Below, in pieces: positions 13,201 through 27,700 of a DNA stretch of 64,000 nucleotides. The stretch spans positions 4,898,001 to 4,962,000 of the forward strand of contig CDRNST010000436.1 of the NCBI GenBank assembly GCA_977016875.1. Reading direction: 5' to 3'. Below the pieces are notes generated by a model. That model did no database searches. It saw only the letters and a list, made by a program, of their open reading frames with translations, and was not told where the DNA came from. Origin of the DNA: Pavona decussata. Lineage: Eukaryota. Both the position numbers and the translations under genes were made by a program. Within the stretch, counting starts at the first letter, position 1. Every line of letters starts with the position of its first letter.

Positions 13201-14217
13201 ACTCAACTAACAATTAAGTGACTATGAGATAACCACGTATATAGAGTACTGTGTGACTCCCTCTAACCTGCCAGTTTCTTCTTCTGTAATGGTTCCGGTA
13301 AATGCGACAAGGATTCGGACAGCCATTCATCAAGCTGCTGCGCAAACTGGCGGATCGCTTGAGTCAAACTGAAGGAAAAGGAAAGGAAATGTTTATTTAC
13401 CACAACACTGAAAAACTGCGGTATGAAAACTGACTCATTGATAGAAAAAAAACCTAAAGTAAGAGCAGAAGCCAGAGGTTTTGAAGGTAACAGTGTGGTG
13501 ACTATGGAAAAGCGCGCGAAATCAGTGTGGTTGCGGTGAAAAAGCGCGCGAAATTAGTCTGGCGACCGACGGTAGCAAAGCGCGCGAAATCAGTGTGCTG
13601 ACCCGGAAAAGGGATGTGGTGGCCAATGGCTGGAAATAGCGCGCGAAATCGAAAGATTGTTCGTTGTATTTGCGTCTTTGATTGGCGCAGTAGGACTGTT
13701 CATATAATGGGCTATCCTTGTAGATTGGAAAATGGTGCAGCAAGAAAATCAAAAGCCTTCCGTCTTTTTCTTTCAAATGATCGCAAATTCATACCTTGCT
13801 GGTAAAGGCTGAAGAGTTCCAGGGATAAGCACTCCACTGATGGCTTTGTATAAGATGGTATCACATTGACCAATCAGATCCACAACTTCATTAGAGCCCA
13901 GTACCTCCAACATGTGGCTCGGCATTCCTTGCCAGAAATGAACTAAAAAGTTCTGTACCTGAGATTAAAAAGAAGCATTATTATTACTGTTCAAATAACG
14001 CTGGAAACGAGAGCAAATATGGCATGATATTCGTATAGTTATTGTACTGTATAAAACGGATTGGTGGTTATTCGTACAGTAAAAAGTCGGTTTTCTCGTG
14101 CGCGCTCGCTCATCTTGTTTCAGTTTTTCCCCATAGGCTTCTTTTTTACTATTACAAAGAGCGATACTAAACACCAGAACATCTGATATTTAACAATTAT
14201 TCCACGAGCACGCGTTA

Positions 14218-14250
<33 letters not shown>

Positions 14251-17200
14251 AAAGCCGAGTTGGCTATAATCATCTCATATCCAACAAGCGTGAGTGGAAT
14301 AATTGTTTTATTCTTGCTGATTTCGCTTTGCAAGAACAATGAGAGGACAACGTACTTAATGGTCCCTATTTCTCGGGCATGGTATATTGGCTCATATACC
14401 ATGGCAGCTAAGCCAATTAAATCCCTGGAATTGCATTATACAATGATCTAGTTTTTAATAAAAAGATATATTCATTCAAAATTATCCTGGTTTTTCGAGT
14501 AGGATACTGTCAATGCAAACATTTCTTAAATCTTAAAGACAGATAACACAATTGTTCGATCTGGCCATACAAAATCATTTTATAAATGTAATTATGCTCT
14601 TATATTAACGCACCTCTCCAAAGTTTGCTCGTAGAATAGTGTCCAGTATTCTTTGACAGTGAGCTCGATACATAATGAGAAACGTCTTCACCTGTGGAAA
14701 ATATATTGACTTGAAATAAGTTTTCATATTCTGGCTTAAAACAGCTGACATGAAATGGTCGTGTTTGTTTAAGCTGTTGGCTTATTGTTCGTACTATAAA
14801 TTCGACACACACTGGAACAGTTTGACGCTCATTGTAGCTCACCTTTTCATGAGGCACATCCTCTGGTAGGCTCAATTTACTGGGCTTAGGGAAGTCTGGC
14901 AATAGAGTCCCACCTGGGGCCGCCGCTACGTATGTCCCATTCCCATGAGGGCTCTTATGAAGTGCGTGGCCCTGGGTCCTCTCATCCACATCATTCTTGC
15001 TATATGATTGGCTGAAACTGTCGAAACCATGCAATATTAGTTGATTGTTTTCACGATTATTACTTAGGGTTTAAGAACACTAAATGAAATTTGGTAATTG
15101 ACTTTTTCACACAGTAAATTATTATGAGAATCCATCACATAAGATGTCGGTGATTTCTTAGTTTGCAATAAGTAGGAATATGGAATGGTTCTTATCTTGG
15201 TGAAGTCTTTCTGCTTCTTTTAGTACTGCTCAATAGTTTTTTATTTTAATTGTCACACTTAAGAATCCCATCCACAGACTCAACAACTGGAATCACATTA
15301 TATATACAGCATAATAAACAGCACTACAGGAAAGTCAGTACTGCTCAGTAGCTTTCATTTGAATGGTCACACTTTAAGCTTTCATCCACAGACTCGAAAG
15401 TTTGAACCACCATGTACAGCATAATAAACAGCACCAAAGGAAAGTACTGCTCAGGAACTTTCATTTGAATGGTCACTTTATGATTTCATCCACAGACTCA
15501 AACGTTAGAACCATATTTTCTGGCCGGCTCAAGGTTTCACTCTAGAATATAAGTGATATCTTACCCAGTGTTGCTTTGTCTTGCTGCATTACACACGGTG
15601 TCATGGTATGGTGAAGTTGATTTTATTGTGATCCCATAGTAGTGATATCTAAGGATTAAGACATTCGAGTTATTACAAACATTATCCTGTTTATATTATT
15701 CTGTTCGAGGCTGTGTGGAGAACGAAGAGAAGATTGCACCCGATCGCGAGGAGACAAATTCCGAGTGGTAAACGTAGAGAGGATCAGTTCTCCTCACAAT
15801 AATTCTACCCCGTCCACATTTTCTTGCTCCCTTCAATCTGAACTTCTGCAACAGGCTAGCTGTAAATTCTCCAAAGTGGCATTCAAAATTTTCTTAGAGA
15901 AGTAGTAAGGAGAATTGTTTAAATATCAGCATTTTTCTGCGGCGGATCATTAGCTAAATTCTCGCTCATAATAACTGATTAACAAGGAATATTGAAATGG
16001 AATTTTCTTAAGTGAATCCTTAAGTGAAACTGAGTCTTTTGTTCCATAAGTGGAAAAATTTAAAATGACTCATTTAGTAGGTCAAAATGCTGCATTTGTG
16101 CTACTTTGTAAGATATTGAGACAACTTATCGATTTCATTGGTTTTTAAAAGCTCCAAATCTACTACACACTGATACAGGAATGAGAGACGCCTTTATAGC
16201 AAATAGAACATTGATTGTTTTCCTTCAGACTTGATCTGTTTTCTATTCCCTACAAAAGCACAAAAACCTGTATTGAGTTGGTTATATTTCTTTAAAAAAT
16301 GTTTTGTTGCAGTAGATGTATTTGCGCGTAACTTTTATTGTAAGGCAAATATTTTAAGTATTCCTCGAGGCAACCTTTCTCTTCAAACTAACGCAATATA
16401 TCCGTCCGACTACAAAGGAAACACGATATAAATACAGTTCCCACTTCCTTGGCGAAGAATCGACCAGAATAATCTCCATCATAAAGCTGCAAAATATCTA
16501 CATTTTCTACTAAAACTCCCAGAAAAATCCTGAAGTGAAAATTGGTAGTATCGTAGACATGACACCCGTCTTTTGTTAAGCCTATTCGAATTTTCTAATG
16601 TGCGTTTTATCACGTATAATGCTCTTAAGATCGCGCCAAGCAACCAAATACTGTTTCGAGTGGTGCCCCGGGTGGAAGTCATTTAAACAGTAAACTTCCT
16701 TGCGTTCCTTACAGAGTATTGTTTCAAGGTTTTTTTGTATTTTTTCTGGGCGTTTAAACACCGATAGCTTTTCAAACAAAGGGCTATTGTCGATATAAGC
16801 TGAATTACTGAAATGTTTAAGGGCATTTAGACTACAACAATGGCATTGTGCAACCATGTGCTTCTAAGAGGATTGTGGTATAAAATAAACTGTCGACGGG
16901 ATTAGAGGTGCGAAAAGTGAGGAAAAATTAAAAGAAAATTACGCTGAAACAGTTGCTTAATTATGAGGTTCTTGTCCAGCTTAATTTTTTAGTAGAGGAG
17001 AGTAAAAGAAATAAATTTGAAAAGCACATATGGTTTTTACGCCCATCCGTGGGAAAAGCCAAAGAGGTCTTCAACTGCATAGCAACATGGTTATATTTTT
17101 TATAGCTATTGCATGCGAATTTCCTGAAGTATTGGACGGAAAACAAAAGCCAATGAAATTAACACCCCCGCCTTAGGTCAATATCGACTAATAACAACAT

Positions 17201-20200
17201 CCGCCGGACCGCAAACTTACTTCGATTGGCCACGTGTTCCAAGTCTTCTGGTTTTCAAGTTGGGAAAGGTGTGTCGAATTATCTGTTGGGGAAAAAAAAA
17301 AACATTTTATTTGATTTATTGTGTTTTCGATTATTCAATGATTCCAGTGGATACGGTGTGGCTTTTTTGTTGTTGTTGTATATGCGTCATAGTTTGTCGC
17401 CAGCTTTCTTACGGTAATTCCGCTTTTGTGTCTGACCAACGTGGGGTGCGAAGCGATACCATTGCAGGTGTATTTCTCAGTGAAAACAAAAATGGCTATG
17501 TTTTTTTTCTTTTTTTTTTTTTCAAAAGATCACCCTGAATGACGGAAACTGTACAGTATAATAAACATTACTGATACAATTTTTTGTTCAGTAGCTTTCA
17601 TTTGAATGTTCACATGTTAGGATCTCAGTCACAACCTTGCGCCATCTTGTACCGCGATAAACAGTACCACAGGAAAGTACTGCTCAGTAGCTTTCATTTG
17701 AATGGTCACACTTTAGGATTTCATCCACAGACTCAAAAGTTAGAATCACCTTGTACAGCATAATAAACAGTACCACAGGAACGTACTGCTCAGTAGCTTT
17801 CATTTGAATGGTCACACTTTACGATTTCATCCACAGACTCAAAAGTTAGAACTACATTGTACAGCATAATAAACAGCACCACAGAAAAGTACTGCTCAGT
17901 AGCTCTCACTTGAATGGGCGCACTTTAGGATTTCATCCACAGACTTAAAAGGTGGAACCACATAGCTTGAGTCTTTGTGTGATTACAAAAAAAAAGACGT
18001 AGGTAACTTACCTTGCCAAAACTTGCTGCATTTACTGGCGATAAGTTGTTCTTTTCGCAGAAATCCAAGTAATGAGAATACAGAGCGCTGCGAGGCAAGC
18101 TCACGCCCTCGGAAACCTCATAATTTTCATTCAACCTACGAAAAAAACTCAAATTAGTCATTAATTCATCTCAGAAGTTTTGTAAGAAGATGGACAAAAT
18201 GCCGTGGTCGGTCTTCAATTCTTCATCAATAATCGTCTTCTATTTATTGGTATTGTGTTATTAAGCACCCACCAAATTTGTGTTTTCTGAAAGCATTCTT
18301 GCGAACTATAATGTTTTATACTCTGTCTTGCTGTGTTAAGAATCAATTTACTGGTTTGTTTTGATCCTAATTTACTCATCTGTTTTTGTAATATACGCCA
18401 TTGCACTAAAAGCCCTAATCTTTATTCTGCAAGCGTAACTTAGGAAAGACAATTATTGAGATGGTAACTAGGTGGTTATAATCTTTTGTCTCTGGTTATA
18501 AAAACTGATCAGATGATTTCTTGTTTCGCGTAGCAGTTTGTTCGTGTTGAGATATTCTGGAATAGCAATCAGTTTCCTCGGAAAAGGCAGAATTGCGTTT
18601 TCTTGGGGACATCAGTTTTTGTTGATTAATTGGGGATTCAAATAGTTCAGTGTTCTCTTTTGGGGATTTACAGCTTCATTTTACGAATTATGCTTGTCTT
18701 TAATCGGAAATCGAATATCAGAAAAGTCCCATGCAATAGAAGCGACATTTGGTATAGAGACAGACATTTGATATAAAGACAGCTATAACTACCTGTAGAT
18801 GACGTTAAGTTGCTTAAGCATTTGAATACATAGGCGCCAGCGCGTATTAAGGAGGAACAATTGCAACAGGTTGCTGTATTTAAACTTCACAGTATTTTAA
18901 TAGCATTAACTGAGACCAAGTGTTGGTGCAAAAGTATCGGCATCACGTGTTAATGGAATTTCATGTTTGCTTGCTACTTCAGCTATCCAATGTCATTGGT
19001 AAAATTGATCTTAGATACGTCTTTTTTCTCGGAATCATGCAAATTAGCCTTTTCTTTCCCAATCCTAAAGTGTGGCTATTCAAATCAAATCAGTCTTGAG
19101 CGCCACTTTCATGTGGTGTTATTTATTTTGTTGTTCAAGCTTGGGTAAAAACTGTCATCTACAAACGGGCTAATATAGTCACTGTTAAAATTAGTGCCTT
19201 CCTCTTCAGCTGTTTGTTAAGCTGCACAAGGTGGTTTCTAGCTGTGGATGAAATTCTAAATTGTGTCTTCAAATGAAAGCTACTGAGCAGTGCTTTCCTG
19301 TGGTGCTGTTTATTATGTTGTACAAGGTGGTTCTAACTTCTGAGTCTGCGGTTGAAATTCTAAAGTGTGACCATTCAAATGAAAGCTACTGAGCAATACT
19401 TGCCTGTGGTGCTGTTTATGATGTTGTACAAAGTAGTTCTAACTTCTGAGTCTGCGGTTGAAATTCTAAAGTGTGTCCATTCAAATGAAAGCTACTGAGC
19501 AGTACTTTCTTGTGGTTCTGTTTATTATGCTGTACAAGGTGATTCTAACTTTTGAGTCTGCGGTTGAAATTCTTAAGTGTGCCCATTCAAATGAAAGCTA
19601 CTGAGCAGTACTTTCCTGTGGTGCTGTTGATTATGCTGTACAAGGTGATTCTAACTTCTGAGTCTGTGGTTGAAATTCTAAAGTGTGCCCATTCAAATGA
19701 AAGCTACTGAGCAGTACTTGCCTGTGGTGCTGCTTATTTTGCTTTACAAAGTAGCTCTAATATTTGAGTGTTGTACAAGCCCGGGTGTGCAAGGTGGTGT
19801 CTGTGAATAAAATCCTAAAGTGTGGCATTCAGTGAAGGTCAGTGTGAAGTACTTTCACATGGTGCGCTTTGCCTTTTCAATATCGCCGCATTTGCAAAAT
19901 TTTTAATTTGTGGGAATGAAAAAACTAATCAGTGTTTTTAGCTAACTCGACCTTTTTTGCTAGACCTTACGAAGTTTATCTATTCACACGTTGTATAAAG
20001 GTCCTGTAGAGAGATAGATACATACCACTGAATTGTCAGAGGTGACTGAAGCTTGCTGTGGGATACGTAATGACTGCTCGAGTACATTGTCTGTTGGCCT
20101 GGAATGAAAACAAGTTAAGTGAGAAAAAAGCCGGCATTGCGTGTTTATAAGGTATCATTTAATGTATTTTAATTGAAACAGGAAACACCTGTAGTTGCCA

Positions 20201-23200
20201 AAGCGAGAAATTTATTCATGTTAAATTTATAACTTTTAAACAAAAGAACACGAAATAAAGCCCTGACAGATTCCTATTTAAGGTTCCAAAAATTCTTAGT
20301 CCTTGCGTAGGATTCGTATTAAGTTTTAAATTTCAAAGCTCTTTTCGTTCAAGCCCCAAGTTTCACTTACTGCAATTTCGAGCGATTCTTGGTTTCTTTA
20401 CCCGCTTCCTTGCTTTTCCTATTCTTAATGTCTTTTTACGCTACGCAAGGTGGCCTGTAACTTAGTCTAGCCTACGCATTCTACTTCCCATTGCGGCTGT
20501 TTATTTTCATTTATATTTTGGATCGTATTTCATCATTTACTAAAACATACCCCCTCTTATTTCTTTTCTCTGCCACAAAGCCTGCTCTAGGAGACGGGGG
20601 TAAGACGCCTTTTTAAGCCGATCTAACAGGCTAACTCGTTTAACGTCGTTTACAGGTAAAACATGTCGAGATGACACCGACTAATAAAACTTTTAACTTA
20701 TTAGAATGAACAACGTAAAATTAAGGTTAGATCAAGGCGCTAAACCTGTTCTTGCTTATGCCTCGTTCAAGTCATCTTTTTTTGTAAAAAACAGTTAAGT
20801 TGAAAAGCAAAAAAACACGCACTTGGACTACGTCACGAACGGTGCCAAAATCATTTGTGGAGCACGTTTGCATTTTTCAGCTCGTGGTTTTAATCGATTT
20901 TATGCTTGAAAACCGTATTTCAAGAGGAAACTGGATTCTCCAGTTATTGGCAAAAAACCAGAAACATGTTTGGAAGGAAACAACTACATATGATGGAAAA
21001 ATAATTCGCGATAGCTAAGGAACGTACGGTAGTTTAGAACTTATCACGCACAATATATTTCACGTTGATGGGGATTTGCGAGAGCTCATTTACTAAAGGA
21101 CTGGTGACTCAATTTCAAATCAGCTGTTTCTCAAATTCTGTTTCTCGGAATGCAAGCAATCGTTCTTTTGAAAGAAATGTTTCGTTTATCAACGGAGTTG
21201 ATAACTAAAGGTAAATTGACCAGCGTAAAGAGATTCGAGTGCTGACATTTCGAGCGTTCGCCCTTCGTCAGAGCTTCGCTGACTCGAATCTCCTTACGGT
21301 GGCCAATTTACCTTTAGTTATCAACTCTGTTGATAAACCAAACATTCGTTTCTACTCCCCACCGACGTGGCACCGCACTTTCTTTAGAAGCTAACACCTT
21401 ATCCATTTGTCAAGTTCATTTGAAACAGTTTGCAAGTCCAAGATCTCAAAGCAGCCAATCGCTGACAAAATATTTCAGGCAAAATTGATGTCTTTGTTGG
21501 TTGCGTATCAAAAAGCAGCAAACATGTCTTATTTTACCGATCGACGTCTTTTGTGTTCAGTAATCGTTTGTTTTGATCTCTTTCTCCTCGTGTGAAAAAT
21601 GACAAAGTAGATAACGTTCAAGTTAATGCATTATAATGTATGCTAATGCCTGCGATAAACCGAAGTTTGCAGACAAGTGTTACAGGTGACCAATCAAGAG
21701 ACAGGTTATGGGAAAAGAAAACCATTATAATGTGTACTGCGTTTTTGAAGAGAGTATTAAAGCTCTAGTGGTTCCAACTATTGCCAAGATAACAATTTTT
21801 TTCTACTAATTGGTGATCAAGTTGTATCAGAATCCATTCTTTCTTCTCGCGCAATCGTTCGAGCGAAAGTCGTGATTATCTTACCGAAAGTTTAAGCTGA
21901 GGGTGGGTGTTTTATTCAGCACCCTGCGACGGGTAAGTTGTTTCCTTAGACAAAAAAGCTCATAACCGCATTGTCTTTCTCCAGACAGCGCAGGTGTGTA
22001 AATGCGTGCCGGGGAACCGTTAGGCTATCGTTTGAAATCTGTCTCCAACTTCCTCCAATAATTCTTTTTTTTTTTAACAACTTTACCGGGCTAGACAACA
22101 AGAACTACAAAGCGATCCACATCTATGTGGCTCAATCGTGAGAGAAACGATTAAACTTAGCTATCATTTCAAACCACGATGACGAACACCTTACATAATA
22201 AGAACTACAAAGCTATGTGCGTACCAAAAGAAGTAGTTACCCAAACGCACAGGTCTTGAGCGGGACGCTAGTACCCATGTAAGGCGCCTCCCGCAAATAT
22301 AAAAGAACTAAGACATATAAACAATCAACTCATAAAGAACGCATTGATCTGGTGACAAGGACAGTCCCTTGCAATTGCCAAAGTACAAGTCTTTTCAACG
22401 TCAAAAACAGACATCAATTGTGATGAGAAATAACGAGAAAGAAATTTCTTCAATTTAGTGACACTGGGTAAACTATGAGGATAAACTTTACAAACAGTCT
22501 TAACAAACACATGGACAATCCGATCGGCCAAGCATATTCTTGATTTGTTATTCATTGGAGTTTTTCTACCTTAATTAACCGCTATTTAAGTTTTCCTTTA
22601 ATCCGAGGATAGTGACCAAGATGAAATTTCTCCTAACATCAGCACTACCTTGATAAAGCATTCAAATCATGAGAGTAAAGAGAATGATCACCAATGATGA
22701 AATATCTTGATGTTTAAACAAATTCTCCTTACTAGTAGCATAAGAATGGTATAGAAAATAGTTATGAGAATACGCGCGTTGATATTGGGAATTAAAAGGT
22801 TAACAATGCTCTGCAGGTCGAAAGACAAATTGACTAAGACAGCGAATTTTACTTTTGAATCTGTCACCAAAATTCGCGACCAAAACAATCTCTACAGAAA
22901 CTACAGTCAAAATCATATCAATGTATTGTAACAGAAAAAACGTATTTGAAATCTCCTTTGGTAGAAATATGCTTCTAGAACTTAGACTGATAAGAATGGC
23001 TTGTAAATGTTCTCCATCGTTGTGATAGTTGCTAAAAAAGAGTTGAAACTGTCAAAATTTTCCTGTATTTTCAGCCCATGTTTCAAATGTTACCATCTTT
23101 TAGCTGAAATTGCTGTAGATTGAGAACAGTACGTTAGGAAGTGAGTTGAATTGCAAACATCCATTCTAATAAACGAGTTCAATTGTTACGCCCTGTCAAT

Positions 23201-24795
23201 GTCAGCCAATATTTGTTGGTTAAAAATGTTAACAATTGCGACGTAAATTTATTTTAAATTATTCTTTATGTGATTCACACTACGACTTGTTAATTTTGTG
23301 GTTTTCCTAATTAGACCAAAAACAATCTTCATTAAGTTTTAAGTTTAATTCTAAGTACAAGATTTACATCAGAGGCCATCGGTCAGTAGAATGCTCCAGC
23401 CGTCAAAAATCTGAAGAACTAAAATTTAAGCTGAATAGGTGCTATTAAAGTAGCCATGTGCATTTCTTGAAAAGGAAAACAAAGTACGTCTTAGCTCTTG
23501 AAATGCAGTAAATTATTTGTCACGGGAATGTAGATTCACAGGCGCCAATGAACAATTCTGTAACCTCCTTCACACCCGTTGTTGAAACTTCATCGAACGA
23601 TACTGGAGCCAGTTGAAGTAACAACTTCTTGGAAATACTGAATTCCCATTTTGGAGTGTTATTTTATAGTTTGGCCTCAATTTCCGTTTGCGATAACCGA
23701 GATTGATTTCGGCGAAGAGACTTTATGCCACATGCCTGTTTCTTAATAGAACAATAGAAAATAGAAAGCAATTTTATAATATCTATTGTTTAACCCGTCT
23801 CGCTTCACTTCCCGCCAATCATGGAGCATAAACTAATTGATGGCACGCGCTCATCTTTACAAAATACTCCATAATTTACATTTTAGCTGAGAAGAGCGTC
23901 TTAATTCGCAGCAAGTTTTCTTTGATCTTTTAGTCGTGTTTGATCAGTCGGTGGCTATATTAACATGATCTGCATACTGTTCAGTCAAAGAACTTCGCAC
24001 GAATTAGTTTCATCGAAATGTTTCCCGAGTTAATCCAGACTTGTTCTGTGCGTTTACGAATTTCAAAGTTGTTTAAGTTTACGACGATGAGTAAAACAAA
24101 GTTGTGACGGGAAATTTTGTTTAATTAGTTTGTCTGGTTTTGAAGCTAAACAATCCGGAAATATCTAGGATAAATTAACGCAGCATCGTACCAATAACCT
24201 TTTTGTTTGACAACTTTGAATTAGTATCACCGTTATTTCACTGATAAACTGACTTCACATTCGTTGTCAAGTTGCTCTGTGTTTAAAATATTCTAAGGCT
24301 TCGCTGTGACTTACAGTTTATTTACACTCTCGAGTATGTCAGGTATTAAGCGACTGTCCTCGTAAAAAGCAACTGTTCAGCGTTATTTTGCAAAGGAAGT
24401 CTCGTATTGAGTTGTTTGGAATACATTAAACAGTGAGCTGCATTTTGGAGTACCTTAAAAAATCGGGCAGAATGTTGAAATTTTATGGCGGCAAAGCCAA
24501 TCTGTTCGCGTGATTTAACATGTACAGGTCTCCGTTGTTTTAGTACTAGGCCGAATATGACTGTCGATAATTTTTTCCGTTAGTCATAGAGACGGTGAAG
24601 CTTGGAAACGTACATTATTCAGCTGTAGTTATAATTGACGCATGCCTTAGGCAGCGCCATGCTAACAGACTCTTCAGTGATTCCCATCTTGTAGATAATT
24701 ACATACTGAGTATAAAGTGATAATTACATAGCTACGTGCTAGAGAAAAGAAGACAAATAATCTGAACTATTTAATATACCTGGTCCGCGAGGCAT
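10285..24795 (-). CDS. RFX4: RFX transcription factor, RFX4/6/8 group (closest to RFX4); coding exons 24780-24795(?), 20026-20098, 18012-18135, 17221-17282, 15565-15648, 14843-14999, 14614-14691, 13795-13958, 13268-13368, 12950-13008, 12643-12787, 12433-12527, 11996-12113, 11519-11647, 10285-11099
   Basis: Winged-helix [29 protein letters not shown]...[37 protein letters not shown] regions [14 protein letters not shown] and [14 protein letters not shown]...[13 protein letters not shown]. Dimerisation domain FLLKWSFF...[22 protein letters not shown]-rich tail. All introns are GT-AG with consistent phases. The first coding exon and start codon (24795) are tentative. Confidence 0.9.
15220..15515 (+). 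repeat. ~106-bp satellite array (RFX intron)
   Basis: Same unit. Confidence 0.9.
17550..17965 (+). repeat. ~106-bp satellite array (RFX intron)
   Basis: Same unit, about 4 copies. Confidence 0.92.
19200..19870 (-). repeat. ~106-bp satellite array, reverse orientation (RFX intron)
   Basis: Reverse complement of the unit, about 6 copies. Confidence 0.92.
21184..21400. mobile_element. Penelope-like element terminal remnant with ~57-bp inverted arms around the ribozyme motif
   Basis: 21184-21240 is a near-perfect reverse complement of 21282-21339. Confidence 0.6.
21241..21274 (-). ncRNA. Minimal type I hammerhead ribozyme motif in a Penelope-like pseudo-LTR
   Basis: Minus strand reads GCT-CTGACGA-A-GGGC-GAAC-GCTC-GAAA-TGTC-AGC: CUGANGA and GAAA core boxes, a 4-bp stem II, a GUC cleavage triplet and GCT/AGC stem I. 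Confidence 0.65.
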
Positions 24796-27700
24796 CTTGG
24801 AAAGAGTGGCTCCGCTTCCAAATTCTTCTTCCAACGTCTGCAAGTAAATCAGATGTACAAGAGATGTAGCGACCAAGTGTATTCTCTCCTACTACTAGCT
24901 CTGCACTGAGCTGTTGCTGGTAAAGGCAACGTTTTTAAACAGAGGTTTTGTTTACGAGCTGTCGTTACTAAATAGCTTTTATAGTGTGAGTAAACCAACC
25001 ATATCCAGGATCTTGAAGCAGTGGGTATGCAGCCACACAACTCCTAAGGTGACACTATGAGAAGGCTCTGCGATCGTGTCTTAGTTACGAGTTCTGAAGA
25101 CAATAGCGCCTATTGTTGTGAACCTAGCGTGGTTTGCTTATGGCGCGTGTGTCACTGCCCATTGTCCATTGTCGTTTAGTTAATTGCTCTATGCCCACTA
25201 GATATACAATCATAGATTGTGGCACGCGTACACAATTAATACGAACACTCGCCACGTGCCCGGCCGAGTATTGTTATCTTCTCGAAGACATGATCGCGTC
25301 TCGGAGATGCAATGAACCGGTGACTTGAGTACCATGGATGCCTGAGGAAACTGAGATAACCCCGCGCTTACTTAAGGCGCCGGTTCAGTGCTAATTAGTT
25401 GGTTTCCTTTGTGAAAAAAGTCTCGCTAGTCTTTGCTAATATACAGCTAATGAATGACCGTTGGCTTGCCTGCTTTCAACAGCTGGTAAAGTGAATCTCT
25501 TTGTTTTACTTTGTATTGAGCAAAAGAGTCGGTCACAGGTGTTGGCCATTACTAAAAACGCCTTATCGTCTCCGTCGAACACGCTTGCCGTAACAGCCAA
25601 TCGCGCCAGCACACGCTTTACAAAGTACGCCGGCGTACACGAGACAGCGGATCTCTCGATAAAAATCTATAACGTGCTCCATTCACAATTAAAGCACACA
25701 GAAGAATATTCGCTTAAGATGAAAAGATTAGGGGTAAAATCTCTGGAGGATTTGAGAAAGTGATGGACTTCACAAGGCCCTTCGTTGGCCGGGCCGAGAG
25801 AGATTGGATCCAAAATTTGAAGGTGTCGTTGACGGCTCCTTGTAGTCTTGTTTACAAGCACAGGAAAGGTTCCTTTGTTACCTGCAGGAGTTAACATCCG
25901 ACAAACAAGGCCACGAATAAACGGTTAACGTTCATTACGCTGTTGGATACCAAATAAGTTCGTTACACTATCTTAGTCTGTTATCTACAAACGAGAAAGG
26001 CGTTGGTCGGGGGAAACTGATATCAAGAGTTATTTTGTCAGACAATAACTTACGACATCGTGACTCTCTGAATTTGGTTTTGCACACATCCACCAGTCAG
26101 CTTCCTCCACCGCTGATCAATGTATTTACATATCAATATTGGGTATGAGATAATATGCCGTATTTTTATGACATGAAGTCTGCACAATCTATTGTATGGA
26201 GGAAGATGGTGCCAGTTTCTAGGTAATGGTTTTTGAATTGGCTGGAACGCACGTGTTGAGAATTGAATTTTTAATCACTGCAGAATTACTATTCAAAGAC
26301 AGGCACATAATTGCTAAATAAAAGATGTATCCTCGAAAGAAATGGGCCTTTGATTTGAAAAACTACAAAATAGAGTACGATCTTTGATCTCAAAGGTAAT
26401 CGAAGGTTTTTTTATCTAAAAGCAATCGAATTATTCATCGCAAAAGCAAATATATCTGAGAGTTCTTTAGCGCACATTTTCCTTTTGTTCTAGCGCCATA
26501 TCGGAGGGAAAAGTGTGAAAAATCATTTATCAATATGCAAACTTCACGCCATTTCGTGGGAATACGAAGCCCAAACCTCCTATAAACTCATACATATTCT
26601 TTTATTATTAAATAAATTAGGCATATGCCTGACTCGTTTTTAAGTCAAAGGATACCATGTAAGCCAATTTACAGAATTTTTCCCTGTTTTGTTAACTATT
26701 GATTAAACTTCTTTATTTCTGAATTTTATCATGTTCCGGCAGAAACAACTAGAAAGCAAGGCGATTTAAAGCCCAGTGTGGGCGACATGCGACACACAGG
26801 AAGCGTTTTAAATGCGCAGCTTAAAACATAACTGAATGCGTCTTAGATATGTCGGAACACGTTATATGTCTATTGTAAATAATGTTCGTGAATTGATAAC
26901 AATGAATAAAAACTCTAGATGAAGCAACTTTCGAGGAACTTGTGGGGAGTCCGTTTGCCTTTTTGAACACAGAATCTCTAAAATAATAAAACCATTATGT
27001 CATTCGCTGCAATTACATTTAGTTAACATAAACTGATTAAATTCTAGTTAAGGTCTTTCAAGGAGACATTTTCTAGATTTAATTCGAAGATTTGATAAGG
27101 ATTATACGGCAAAAGGCACTTGAGATACCCAGCAGTGCCGCCGAGCTGATTTGATCACAGATGAAAAACGTTTGCGGAAATCCACTGTCATTTTAGATAC
27201 AGAAATAGATGGAAATGACTGGTACATTTAAAACAGCTGGCTGGCTTACGAAATACACACAAAAATGGTCTCATCGTTTAGTAAAATAAGCAGTGACTGA
27301 AAAAGCCAATATATTTATTGCCCTTTCAGAAAACTTGAACCGGTTTTGTTACTGAGATGGTAGTACACTGAGTGGAGATTGGATACAAAAGGTTTAGAGA
27401 CGTACTTTGCTCATTTTAAGTTAGTTCCTATTGGCGGCGAACTTTTAAGATCGGCATGTCTGTTTCCATTTTAGTTGAGAAATGATTCGACATGAAATCA
27501 GCGATAAGAGCAATCTACTCCTGAGAGAGCATTCTGTCTGAAGCGATCGCGCGGAATATCACTTGATACTAAGCATAATCCTCAATCTCTTACGAGAGAA
27601 TTCAAATGCTTTGGTTTATGTTTTGTAGCCTTAGAATGTAGTAATATACACGGTCGTTGCAAAATATAGCTTGCGTGTCAGTATGATCAACTGAATAACA

